From Podarcis pityusensis (Eukaryota), in assembly GCA_964106645.2 (NCBI GenBank), contig OZ067044.1: a stretch of DNA of 64,000 bases. One strand, given 5' to 3'. Below, piece by piece: positions 1 to 11,515 of this stretch. Made by a program: the position numbers and the translations under genes. Each line of letters opens with the position of its first letter. Position 1 is the first letter of the stretch. A model generated the notes under the pieces. It did not search any database. It saw only the letters and a program-made list of their open reading frames with translations, and had not been told where the DNA came from.

Positions 1-77
1 TATATGGTCCAGGCAGTCACTTTACCCAAGGGACACTCAGAAATCAAATGTGGGGCTACAGCCCATACCCTAAATGT

Positions 78-191
78 TATCCAGCTATTGTTGGACTACG
101 ACTCCCAACATCTCTGATCATTGGCTATGCTGGCTGGGACAGATAGGAGTTGTATTCAACAACATATTGGTGGCACCAAGTTGGTTACCCC
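78..191. mobile_element. Degenerate short palindromic hAT-type MITE (GACTACAACTCCC...GGGAGTTGTAGT family)
   Basis: Inverted core tgttggactacgactccc ... ggagttgtattcaacaaca. The same core recurs about 10 times in the window. Ends are eroded. Confidence 0.65.
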
Positions 192-1467
192 ATTCTATGT
201 AATTTATGGAAACTGCCCGTAAGGAAGCTGTATGAGGACTAGGTAGGGCTAATTCCAGCAGAAATTACATGAGTGAAAAAAATCATGCACTCAAAGCTTA
301 TCATTTTCTTAGGAAGCTATACAACAGTTGGTTTCCTTGGTGACTAGTTCAATATATATCCTCTCTTGTGAAACAGCTGTCTGTGTTATTACTGGGGATG
401 TTGGCCAGATCACTCAGTGTTTGCCTTTGCCTAGAAACAAATGTGGAAATTGAAAGTACGGAACACTATTTTGGGAAAGATAAAAGTTATCCCTAAAAGC
501 TAATTTTCAAATCAAATGGTTCCTTATAAAGATGCCTCCCAAACTTTTTGTTAAGGCTGCTGATCAGGGCAAAGGGTTTGCATTGCTCCATATATTATCA
601 TATCACAAAGAAGTACCTGCATCATTGCAAAGGGAGAAAGGAAAGGGAGAGTAATTTTCAATATGTTCAGTCAGAAAACAGAAGGCCATCATGGTGACTG
701 GTTGGTGGATGAGTGGGATGAAATGCCAGATTTTGATAAAAGAAAATACACCAACTTGCTACTCCTTTCCTTTAAGCAAAAGAAGCTGAATGGGTAATAG
801 TATTTTAGATGTCATATTCTCTATACATAATGAACATTCACCTATTTTTAAGAGTGCATAATTGCTATTTCAGCTTCACAAAGCTACATGCTTAGCACAA
901 AGAAACAGATCTCTGCATTATTAAGCTGTGCCAAATTTTTATACACATGGTAGTTTGCCTTCATAGAAGCCAGTCATTATATCATCAACACATCCAATCA
1001 CATTTACTGCAACATTCCTGATTCTTCTGGATATCAATGTATTGACTTAATCAAAATGCCATTGACATTCAATTTGCACACAGAACTTTTCCATATTTAT
1101 CTCTCATTCCTAGTCAGTGATTTTGATTAGATTGAGATCTGTTTGCATTATGCAGCTATATTTCCTGTCTTGTATTTTAATTGTCAATCAGAGTTATCAT
1201 CTCATCTCATCTCATCTCTGGTTTTCTGTTCAGGAAATATAAAACAGTTACTGGTTAATGCTCCAACACATACAGCAAGGTATTCTACCACGACAACAGG
1301 AAGAATACTTTTATTAAAGATGTATAACTGCAACTTGAAACTAAAGTGCTTTGTGCAAAATATTGCTAAATAGTCACAACCCTAAATTATAGTCTTACAA
1401 CTGTGGCAAATATACACTTACATGTTGACTTACATTGTGGTGCTCTTCATATTTCTGGTTCTTTCAG

Positions 1468-1542
1468 TTACTGATCTGTATTACAGATTATTACAATTTA
1501 AAGCATTTCCTCCTCTTGCAACTTTGGGCCAGACTAGATATG
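1468..1542 (+). other. Candidate 75-nt spliced exon (coding or lncRNA, gene unknown)
   Basis: Pyrimidine tract ctcttcatatttctggttctttcAG, donor ATG|GTAAGT at 1543, length divisible by 3, two open frames (xTDLYYRLLQFKAFPPLATLGQTRY / LLICITDYYNLKHFLLLQLWARLDM). No homology recognised. Confidence 0.3.
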
Positions 1543-2383
1543 GTAAGTTAATAGCAAAATTGTGGGGATAATTATGGGGATCACTGCATGCATTGCTTGG
1601 GAAAAGCACAACTTGAAAGTTGCCATCTGCAATGGGAAGAAACTCCCCCATTGGTGTCACATCTAGGTTGACCCTGGGACATTAAGTGTCCCAGGGGCCA
1701 CATGATGGCTCACTCTAATTCCATCACTGGCCAGGCTTGAGTAGGGCTTCCTCACTGTCACCTGGAATTACTGAGGTCACAAGAAAAGGATTACTGAGGT
1801 CACACCTAAAGGAGTTTCCATTATTTATTTATTACTGCAATTTATAAATGTTCCACATAGATGGGTTGTGAGCCAGATTGGGCACAAGAACAGCAACACA
1901 AAACCAGGAAGACACATCAAGGCATCGTTACATGCCAATAAGGAAATGTCAGAAGGGGCACATGCTCCAACTCTAAGTGTTTGTGGCTTACAGTACCAAC
2001 ACTATATCCTTACAACATCAGAACAGTGTTACAGGCATTGATGATGCGAACAAGTAGATGTTTGTTTGAAGCAGATGTCAAAGCCACATTTTATAGTGTC
2101 ATAATCTAGGACTCTAACTGCCCATTCTTAGTGATGGATACCAAGGATGCTTTGGATGAGGCTATGCCCTCAGTACCAGACTTTCAACTTCCCCACCACA
2201 CTGAGAATTGCTGTATCAGAGGACTCCATGATGCCAGTGCTACTCCAGCCTAAAAACAGATCACATTATCTTCCTCAGGCTTGGATGATTGAAGAGAATG
2301 GATCCTAAAGCAGGGCAGATTCCTTTCGAAATAGAGACTTCAGTTTTCAAGGGCAGGGCTAGCTGTTCAGACTGGGTTTGATG

Positions 2384-2510
2384 GATGTTGGAGCAAGCCA
2401 GTGCACCTTGTTGTTAACCAGAAGGTTAGTGCTTCAAGCCCATCCAGGAACAGCTATGGGCAGGATTCTTGCATTGCAGGGGGTTGTACTACAATTCTAT
2501 GAGTCTATGA
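2384..2510 (+). mobile_element. SINE with tRNA-Asn-like head and CR1-type 3' tail (degenerate)
   Basis: gttgttaaccagaaggttagtgcttcaagcccatccagg resembles the tRNA-Asn(GTT) anticodon and T arms. It is followed by gattcttgcattgcagggggttg...attctatgagtctatga, a CR1 tail like that at 9515-9580. Confidence 0.7.
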
Positions 2511-2959
2511 ACATTCAACCATGCCTTGTTGGATATCCAGCCCAGACTCCAACTGGAGCTACCCATGGTGCCACCAGCTTTTCTGAACACAATTTTGGCT
2601 TTACCTGTCTTAGCTTGCTCTTTCTGGCCCTGCTCATCACAATCTGACCTTAGCTTCTTTAACTCTGCCCTCTACTTGACCAAATGTTGCTTACTGGATC
2701 CTGGAATGGTGGAGTGTGAAATATGTTCCCAGCACACACTGCCTAATATGCCACACCTACCCCTCCATGCTGGGAACATTGGCTGGGATGGAAATTTAGC
2801 TGCTGCTATCAAATATAGCAAGTGAAGGACCAGATAGTAGAATCTTCACGCTGTTGCTTTGGTTTGCAGCTTATCTAAGTTGACCGCCTGTCTCCATGTT
2901 GTAGGAATTTTAGAAATATTGGCTAGTCTGATAGATCTACTGCACTGCAGCTTAAGCTA

Positions 2960-2963
<4 letters not shown>

Positions 2964-2993
<30 letters not shown>
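2964..2993. repeat. (AT)n microsatellite
   Basis: About 15 perfect AT units. Confidence 0.95.
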
Positions 2994-2997
<4 letters not shown>

Positions 2998-3184
2998 CAA
3001 GCAAACTGATGCAGTATCTTATACAGTGAGAATAGCAGAACACTTCTCCCGCTACAGTATTTTAAGCAAAAATCAATGACTGTCCATATCACATTGATTT
3101 TGTTTATATGCATTGCTTTCAGTATACTGAAAATTCTAAAGTTGACTGTCCATAATAGGCAAAGTCAGAATCAATCTGGTGTGA

Positions 3185-3390
3185 AGGAAGTAGTGGACAG
3201 AGTTGACTAGGATCATGGAAACCTGTGTCCACATCCCTGCTGAGTCATAGAATTCATTGGGCAACCTTGAGCCTGCCACTGTCTCTCAACCTCAACCTAC
3301 CTCACATGGTTGTTCTGAGAAAAAAGCAATGTACATCACTGTGAGCTCCTTAGTAGAATGGAAAATTACAAGTGTAATAAAGAAATAAAG
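3185..3390 (+). mobile_element. Old Squam3/Ther1(MIR)-like tRNA-derived SINE
   Basis: gggcaaccttgagc...tctctcaacctcaacctacctcacatggttgttctgag...gagctccttag with an A-rich tail. Collinear with the younger copies at 13958 and 54346. Confidence 0.6.
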
Positions 3391-3983
3391 GGCTACCACA
3401 ACTGAACATTTATTAGTGTGCTAGGTGCTGCACAGAACAAAATCCACATAGGTGCTATAGGTGAAGGTATATGAATATAAGCTTGCTCTTAAATGTCACC
3501 ACATGGATAACTTATGTGCCCCTGACACATGTGAACCAGCTCACAGAATGCATCCTATGGATTTATCTTGCATGACAGATAAGTTTTGATTTTGTCTGAC
3601 CAAGATACTTTCAGATCATTTCAGTAGCTAATCCTACCTGGAATTCCATAGATAATAAGAATGGTAAACAACAACAACAACCCAGAAAGGATAAGCCAGT
3701 GAAAATGGTTAAGAATAAGAAGGGTGGAATCCACAGATTGGTGGTATCTGTGAATTGGAGAAAGTAATTCTGGACAATCTTCCCTGCAGTGTGCAACACC
3801 CCTCTAAACTTTCTACAAAGGGTTGTCAGATGTTTCAGTACATATGTAGAAGTGGAGTGGGGTGCATCATGGGGGAGGTGGAAGCACCCAAAATTGCTTC
3901 CTACCACATTCCACAGACAGATTTCATTCCACCAGCAAAGAATCACCACTGCATATCACACAACAACTTCTAGGTTCTTACTA

Positions 3984-4230
3984 AAGGTAAAGGTAAAGGG
4001 ACCCCTGACCATTAGGTCCAGTCGTGGCCGACTCTGGGGTTGCGGCGCTCATCTCGCTTTACTGGCCGAGGGAGCCGGCGTACAGCTTCCGGGTGTTGTG
4101 GCCAGTATGACTAAGCTGCTTCTGGCGAACCAGAGCAGCGCACGGAAACCCCGTTTATCTTCCCGCTGGAGCGGTACCTATTTATCTACTTGCACTTTGA
4201 CATGCTTTCAAACTGCTAGGTTGGCAGGAG
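3984..4230 (-). mobile_element. Sauria SINE (Squam1), 5'-truncated, with 12-bp TSD
   Basis: (ACCTTT)n tail, seen as aaggtaaaggtaaaggg on +. Body nearly identical to 54917-55266. Perfect TSD aggttcttacta at 3972-3983 and 4231-4242. Confidence 0.95.
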
Positions 4231-5808
4231 AGGTTCTTACTAGTATGCAACAAATCCTGTCTAAGGTTAAGAGAATTTCCACTAGGCTATTTGTAGTTCT
4301 TAAGAACTACTATGTGGCTTCAAACAACAACAGAATTTTTCCAGTATCCTCTTCTTAAAAATGACAATTCAAGAAATAATTTACAAGGAACAGCACAATT
4401 AAATAATGGATGAAACTGTAATGGTATTTCTTCAAAAATGTTTACAACATCTACTTCTTAGTTATACTTTTTGCAATCCTTCAAAACTCACTATAAAATA
4501 GTTTGAGAAAATTGTATTCATTAATTTCAATGTAATAATTTATCTAACACCTACCATCCAGATTGTTCATGTTTGCAGTTGAGTCCATACTTATAAGCTC
4601 CAGAAGCAAAAAATTAATTATTTTATCATTCTAAATTATGGATTGTCATGATGCAGCTACTAATTTATTCTATGGACTTTTGCTGGAATTTTTGTAGTAG
4701 AATAAATAATATAAATGATAATTTGCTTTTATTTAATTTACAGAGTAGGTGATGAGCAATAATTATTATGAAATGCAATGCAATGCAATTACTTTCATTA
4801 CAAAAGTAAGCATGTCAGATGAATACAAATTCTGATACTGTAATCTCATGCAACTTGCTGTTCCTCAAGACTAAATTGTACAATACACTTTTTGGTATAT
4901 ATTACAGCAGGCTGTGAAATATTGGAGTTTTTTTAATAGCACATTTTCATTTTCCATGGGGAAGATTTTCTCCTTTACAGATGTTACACCAGAACATCAA
5001 AACCAAATGCTTCACTTGAGAAGCCATGATCTAAAATCCTGCTGAAGTAACCAAGCAGTACAATCTGAACCTCACTGCTTTTGCTCAGAGTACTTACTTA
5101 AATCAACAGAGATGCACTGATGTCTAAGCAACGAGATTCACTGCTCCCATCAACTGAAGAAGTGACCACAAGGAGTACAATCCTATGCATGTCTATTCAG
5201 AAGTAAATCCTACTGCGTAAGATTGCATTGCACAATGAACTGCAGCCTAAGTGTTCAAGAATGTGCAGCATTTCCAACAAATGTCTTGATGTCTGTGTAC
5301 TGCAGTGTGCAAAATATGATAGGTAGCTGTCCTGTTGCTGTGGCCCCTCTTTGGTTTTAAAAAAATGAGGACACAGTTTGATAACCAGGTTTTTAGTCAG
5401 AGATTAAACCATAGTTTTAATACAACAAGAAAATTGGTTTAAATTGTAATTTAGCAAACCTAAATGACTATTCTATTATGACATGTCTATTATGACACAA
5501 ATGAGAAAGAGGATGATGGCGAGCATGGGAAGAATGCTCATTTATTGAACCCACTGCTTATTGGCCTGAGATAATACCTGAAGAGTTAGCACATTAATGT
5601 TATCCATGTATGTGATGCTACCTGTCCTTTCTTTCTTTTTTATTTAAATAGTTTCTATTACTTTCTATTTCCCAAGAGTTTCATTTTCCCTTTTTGTTTG
5701 TTTGTTCACTCTGGATACTAAACAATGAGCACAATATTTAAACAGATTAACATGTGCAGGCAAAGAAGGCTCGTTCTTCCTGTTCTTTCTCTCTGTCTGG
5801 AAAAGGTA

Positions 5809-6713
5809 CAGTGGTACCCCGCAAGACGAACGCCTCGCAAGACGGAAAACCCGCTAGACGAAAGGGTTTTCCGTTTTGGAGGCGCTTCGCAAGACGAATT
5901 TCCCTATGGGCTTGCTTCGCAAGACGACAGCCCATAGGGAAATCTCCGGGACAGCGGGGAAGCGCAGCGCGTCTTCCCCACTGTCCTCAGACCTCCTCCC
6001 GCCGCCCGGCTTCGGAACGAATCTCCGATGCCGGGCGGGGGGGGAACGCCTCCTCCCGCCGCCCGGCTTCGGAACGAATCTCCGATGCCGGGCGGGGGGG
6101 GGGGGAACGCCTCCTCCCGCCGCCCGGAATCGGAACGAATCTCCGATGCCGGGGGGGGAACGCCTCCTCCCGCCGCCCGGCATCGGAACGAATCTCCGAT
6201 GCCGGGCGGGGGGGGGAACGCCTCCTACCGCCGCCCGGCATCGGAACGAATCTCCGATGCCGGGCGGGGGGGGGACGCCTCCTCCCGCCGCCCGGCATCG
6301 GAACGAAGCTCCGATGCCGGGCGGGGGGGCGGGGACACATTCTCCCGCCGCCCAGCTTCGGATGGCTTTCCTGAAGACTTGGGGTGGGAGGAGGGTTTTC
6401 CTTCCCACCGCCAACATTCAGAATGCTGTTCTGAATGTTGGCGGTGGGGAGGAAAAACCCTCCTCCCACGCAAGCCCCGGGAACAGAGGGAAAGCGCTGC
6501 GCGCCTTCCCCTCTGTTCCCGTACCTGTCCTGAAGGCTTGCGGTGGGGAGAAAAGCCCTTCTCCGCACCGCCAGCCTGGCAAGCGGTTTCCCTAGGAACG
6601 CATTAATTGATTTTCAATGCATTCCTATGGGAAACCGTGCTTCGCAAGACGAAAAACTCGCAAGAAGAAAAAACTTGCGGAACGAATTAATTTCGTCTTG
6701 CGAGGCACCACTG
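5809..6713. mobile_element. Non-autonomous Tc1/mariner-superfamily (Tigger/pogo-like) element, 905 bp
   Basis: TA flanks at 5807-5808 and 6714-6715. TIRs cagtggtaccccgcaagacgaa / ttcgtcttgcgaggcaccactg match at 20 of 22. Subterminal gcaagacga repeats. No transposase. Confidence 0.92.
5992..6362. repeat. GC/CpG-rich minisatellite, about 57-bp unit, 6 copies plus a partial, each unit a hairpin
   Basis: Unit cctcctcccgccgcccggc(a/t)tcggaacgaatctccgatgccgggc(G)n-aacg starts at 5992, 6049, 6110, 6163, 6221 and 6278. Length varies mainly in the G run. Confidence 0.95.
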
Positions 6714-7059
6714 TATCAGCCAATCTTTCTTTGTGTGCGTGGAAGAAATCTTGCACTAGCTGGATCCAAGCCAGAATATAGCCAATACTTTTCCAAACCA
6801 AATACTAGCTGCACCTTGAAGGGCCTCAGATGATCAATCAAGACCAACATTCCATATTCACACTTAATCTAACTTCAATGCAGTTGCTGCTGCATTTGCT
6901 CTGTCCTGCTCAGCCCTTGGCAATGTTATCCCAAGGGCATAGGAAGATTTAAGGACATCACTGGACAATTTACCACTATAAAAAGACACTAAGAAACTGT
7001 TTTATAAGAATGCATGCAATGATGAGAGATCAAATTATGTGATGCTAAGATACCTGAAA

Positions 7060-7230
7060 GTCACCATGGCAAATCTTCTAACCACAGCTAAAATTATCAC
7101 AGCAAGAATATAGAAAAAATCCATCACCACCTAAAGATAGAGAATTGTTGGCTATACCTTGGGGAAATGCAGAAACAGATACTGGCTATCAAGAGTTTAG
7201 CAAAGGAAATGAAGATTTATGACAGAGCCT
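7060..7230 (+). mobile_element. Degenerate L1-type LINE ORF2 C-terminal fragment
   Basis: Translates as ANLLTTAKIITARI*KK..., matching the LLTAAR..IA..WK motif also seen at 50027-50344. Confidence 0.45.
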
Positions 7231-7273
7231 CATTAACTGTTTCTTTCAACAGATGCATTTCTGAACTCTAGAG

Positions 7274-8295
7274 CAGTGTTTTTCAACCTTTTTTGGGCAA
7301 AGGCACACTTGTTTCATGAAAAAAAACACAAGGCACACCACCATTAGAAAATGTTAAAAAATTTAACTCTGTGCCTATATTGACTATATATAAAGTAATT
7401 CTCTTGAATAGGAATCAATTAAACACAAAGAAAGTATTTTATAATTACTTTATTATGAAATAGTAAGTAAACAGAAATATGAAAAATTATAAAATACTTT
7501 ATTCAGTGCGCAACCTGGGCCTGTTTGGCTGAACACAAAGCTGATATTCTGGCTGGAATCGAAGAAAGACACACACGTAGCTCTTTGTCAACAGCTCTCA
7601 GTCTCTCTCTGTATTTAGTTTTTATAGCAATCATGCTTGAAAAGCTCATCTCACACAGATATGTAGTGGAAAATGGGAGCAATGTCAAAATAGCTTTGTT
7701 TGCCAGAAGGGGGAACTCCTTGGCAGTATCCAACCAAAAACTGTCCAAAGGTAGATCAGCAAATCTTAGCTTGAAACCACGATTTTGTCTCAGTTCAGTT
7801 AGTTCCTCCTGCTCCTGTAAAGTCATGTCCTTTCCACCAACTGATGCTGAGCTATAAGGGTCCCTAACCCAGTCAAGGCATTCAGTGGAGACTGAAGAGA
7901 AATAAAATGACAACTTCTCCGGTCCTCCTGGTGACTCGAGTCGCGACGCCTTCTTCTCTCCGCTGCTGCGCACACTGTGCTCGGGCGGGAAGGAAGTCGG
8001 AAGATGATGTCCTACTGTGATAGGTCCAGGCTGGAGTCTGGACCAATCACAGCCCAGACATCAGAAAAGTGGAGCGTGTCCCCCTGAGGAGCGCCAATCG
8101 GTGCCCCTGCTGGCCGAGGGTGGGGTCAAAAACCCCACCCCCCCATACCCAGGACACAGTCCGGCGCCGCCTAGTGGGCGAAAATTTGAATTTTTTTAAA
8201 AAAAATCTTTCGAATTTTTCAATTTTTCCCACGGCACACCAGGCAACATCTCGTGGCACACCAGTGTGCCACGGAACAGTGGTTGAAAAACACTG
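7274..8295 (-). mobile_element. Internally deleted hAT (Charlie/Buster family) DNA transposon, 1022 bp
   Basis: Perfect 15-bp TIRs cagtgtttttcaacc / ggttgaaaaacactg. Perfect 8-bp TSD ctctagag at 7266-7273 and 8296-8303. Carries the transposase 3' end. Confidence 0.97.
7503..7915 (-). pseudogene. hAT/Buster transposase C-terminal (dimerisation) fragment, ZBED8/FAM200-like
   Basis: ORF track gives ...WVRDPY...[39 protein letters not shown]...KTKYRERL...[25 protein letters not shown], a classic Charlie/Buster C-terminus. The N-terminal and most of the catalytic region are deleted. Confidence 0.9.
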
Positions 8296-9169
8296 CTCTA
8301 GAGAATGTGAATATCTGCCACACACTTAACCTCCTATTAGGGAAATGAATGGCCGGTGTAAGAGTGAATGTTTCTTAAAAAAAAAAAAAACCCACAGGAG
8401 TGTATAATAACTAGCCATCAATTCACAGGTACAGTATTATCAGGGCTGCTACTACACAATGTAATGTGAAGAATGTGAAAAATCCATGCAAAAGGCCTAA
8501 CAACATTGTTGTACCTCCAACTCTCTGGATCTGACTATAGCAATCCTACCTGGGAGCAAATACCCTTTTCTTTTCCTAACAGCCGTTAAGCAGTTTTTCA
8601 GCTGTTGGTTGCAATTTGGGCTAACCAGGGTTTTCCTTAAGGCAGGAACTGAAACCATGAGTTGAAACGGCTTTTAGATCCTAAGTTAAGGAAAACTCCA
8701 ATTAGCTTTAATTGCAGTTAACGTTTTTGTGCTGGCAAATAAATTAATTGGAGGCCTACTACTGGGGGCTATGTTTGAAAACAGTACTAAAGAAGGTGAA
8801 ATGAGGGAGTAAAAACATGCTCTTCACTGAACAGAAGGCAAGTTAGTTGCGTCTTTTGATGGGATTGTCATTAACTGTTCTCAGAGCAGCCTGTGTATTC
8901 CTTTCCTGGGTCTTTTTGATCTGACTCTCTTTAATGATTCTATCTCTTTCTCTTGTTTTTGTTGCATCTGTCCCAGGCTTGGCCAATGAAGAAAGAAACC
9001 GAACAAAGCAGCTGCTGTGTATAAAAGCACTTCGGAAAGGGAAAGCACCAGATCATTTTAAAAGGGGGAAACTGCTTGATCAACTATATTCCTTCCCTCT
9101 GAAAGCATGAAAATCATATTTTGTATCAAATTGCAACATTCTTTCTTCTCAGTGTGTATTCAACACAAG

Positions 9170-9505
9170 ATCCCAGTTATACTATGCATTTTAAATAGTA
9201 TCAAACCACTTTATATAGTTATGATTTCCCTCAAATAATCCTGGGAAGTGTTGTTTGTTAAGGGGTTCTGAGAGTTGTTAGGAGAGAGCCATTCCCACTC
9301 ACTGAGCTACGATTTCCATAGGGTTTAACTTTTAAACCTTCTCTTCTTAGGGAATGCTGGGAAATGTGGCTCTGTGAGGGGAATAGGGGCCTCCTAAAAA
9401 CTTTCAGGACCCTTAACAAATTTCAGTTCCCATGAGTCTCTGGAGGAAGCCATGGCTGTCCAAAGTGATGCAATACTGCTGTCCATGTATGGTGAAGATG
9501 GGGCC
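9170..9505. mobile_element. Degenerate palindromic MITE (Harbinger-like squamate family)
   Basis: Imperfect inverted arms aatcctgggaagtgttgtttgttaagggg / cccttaacaaatttcagttcccatgagtc. End is gatggggcc. Related pieces at about 20840-20965 and 47865-48003. Confidence 0.5.
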
Positions 9506-9514
9506 ATAACTGAG

Positions 9515-9810
9515 ATCATAGAATCGTAGAGTTGGACTCAAGGGTCATCTAGTCCAACCCCCTGCAATGCAGGAATCTCAGCTAAAGCATCTATGACAGA
9601 TGGCCATCCAACCTCTGATTAAAAACCTCCAAGGAAGGAGAGTCCACCACCTCTTGTGGTAGTCTCTTCCACGGCCAAACAGCTCTTCCTGTTAGGTTTT
9701 TCTGTATGTTTAGTTGGAATCTCCTTTCTTGTAACTTGAAGCCATTGGTTCGAGTCCTACCCTCCAGAGCAGAAGAAAACAAGCTTGTTCCCTCTTCCAT
9801 GTGATAACCC
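9515..9810 (-). mobile_element. CR1 LINE 3' fragment (ORF2 C-terminus and 3' UTR)
   Basis: ORF 9591-9800 reads EGRTRTNGFKLQERRFQLNI...WKRLPQEVVDSPSLEVFNQRLDGHLS, a typical CR1 ORF2 end. Tail is of the (ATTCTATG)n type. Confidence 0.93.
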
Positions 9811-10153
9811 CTGATGGCTATGGTGTGTTTTTAAAGGAATTGTTAAAGAATTGCAGGACAACATAAATAATAGTTTGGTTTTAAATAATCTGAGGGACAG
9901 AATTTGAGATCAAAATGTTCTCCCTAGTCTACAGACTTGATTTTAAGATAATAATGTGAAATTATAAAAATTAAACACACAACACAGTGCATGGAGGAGG
10001 GGCCATGTCCTTGAACATAGTTGCAATCCTGTGTTCTCTCAGTTAGAAAATGTCCCAGTCAATTGAGCTTTCTTTTGAGTACAAGATGCCTAGGTTTGGG
10101 CTCCAGGTGTGAAATGGTTGAAATGAAATACTGTTGAAAGGTAACTTGAGGTT

Positions 10154-10286
10154 ATCATAAAATCATCAAGGGTCATCTAGTCCAACTCCCTGCAGTGCAG
10201 GAATTCTGCCCACAACCATCCTCAGGTGGGCTTGAACCACCAACCTTCTGGTTAACAGCAAGGTGCACTGACCCATTGTGCCACTG
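10154..10286 (-). mobile_element. SINE with tRNA-Asn-like head and CR1-type 3' tail
   Basis: Reverse complement cagtggcacaatgggtcagtgcaccttgctgttaaccagaaggttggtggttcaagcccacc is tRNA-Asn(GTT)-like with A and B boxes. It is followed by ttcctgcactgcagggagttggactagatgaccct, a CR1 tail. Confidence 0.8.
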
Positions 10287-10482
10287 AATAATTTCTAAGT
10301 GTTAGGGTTCTATAGGCATACTCTTATAGGCAGCACCAAGAAAAGCTGATGGTGGGAAGTGATAGAATGAAAGGTGTAATGATTCCAGAGGTAAATCCAC
10401 ATCATTAAAATCTCAGTGGCCCTGTTCAATCAATATGGCAGCAGTGAAGCAATTAACTAGCTTGAGTTGTTGAGCTTTTTTT

Positions 10483-10788
10483 TGGCGAGGCATGCCGAGA
10501 ATCACTCACCAGACTGACAAACGCTGCCAATCGCACGTGTCACAGAAGCTCTTCCCGCTCACGAGCAGCAGCCGACAAGCGCACACCCAATTGATGCAGC
10601 AGCAGCCAATCTACAGCAGCCCTTGCCGCAGCCACCAATCACCCACCCAATCACCGCTGACAAGCTCCTGCTTGTGGCTGCAACCAATCGCCCGTCCCCC
10701 CTCTGCACTATCCATGTATAAGATGAGCCCCAATTTTGAACATTATTTTACAGTAAAAAAATCTCATCTTATACATGGAAAAGTATGG
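10483..10788. mobile_element. One-ended fragment of a Tc2/pogo-like DNA element
   Basis: Terminus catcttatacatggaaaagtatgg followed by TA, with internal inverted copy ccatgtataagatgag. GC-rich interior with repeated CCAATC modules. Other end not found. Confidence 0.55.
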
Positions 10789-11515
10789 TAACTTTGAGAG
10801 ATTCAAATGCTACATTGCAGCACAACGTCTGTCAATATTTCAGCATACTTTCCAACACTGCTTTGCTTCTCTGGTGATATACATTCATGACATTCACATT
10901 GTTGTGATCTTTTAATAAATTGCACCCTTCCCTCCCTAGAATGGGGTATTATAGCAAGCCTTTAGTTGTACTTTTAAAGAACCTATTTAGGCAAAGACGC
11001 ACATAATATTTCCTATTTGAGTGCTTGGCACAAAGGCTTACAAGAGGACTGATAGGAAGAATGAAGATCAAAAAGTGGGAAATTGGGATTGTCTTGGTAA
11101 AAATATACTTGCCTTTTTTACAATTGCATTTAATTAACACTGATTAAACAAGAAGACTTGTAAGGTGAGAGAGTGTAACCACACATCCACATTATACAAA
11201 GGTGTTGATGATATGGGTGAAATGTGCTCCCTCCCCCCTTCCACTGCACATATTACAAGCCTTAAAATGCTATGGAATTCAACTACATTTCAACATCTTA
11301 TTTAGATTCCACCAAATAGTAACAGAAGATGTCCATCATCAGAGACTATTTTTTAAAAAACATAGTACTTCTGATACTTCTTTTGCTTTGTTTATTATTT
11401 GAAAAGTTTATGACTCCGCAAAGGGATACAAAGTGACTTATACTTCATACAATAATTAAAGATACACACCAACCAATTGTTACAGATGGACAGCCTACAC
11501 AAATAGCAAAAGTAG

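Noticed and set aside
3789-4358. 189-aa ORF, with a similar peptide at 54996-55223
   Set aside because: It reads through the antisense strand of a Sauria SINE. The shared peptide reflects the repeat, not a gene family.
5992-6362. CRISPR-like array of palindromic repeats
   Set aside because: Units are contiguous with no unique spacers, there are no cas genes, and the context is a vertebrate transposon.
5754-6606. Several overlapping 80-240 aa ORFs on both strands
   Set aside because: They arise from a GC-rich, stop-poor minisatellite inside a non-autonomous transposon. The peptides are low complexity and change frame with the G-run length.
10205-10286. tRNA-Asn gene (and tRNA-Ile at 46719)
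   Set aside because: Stems are degenerate and each is fused to a CR1 tail, so these are SINE heads and not functional tRNAs.
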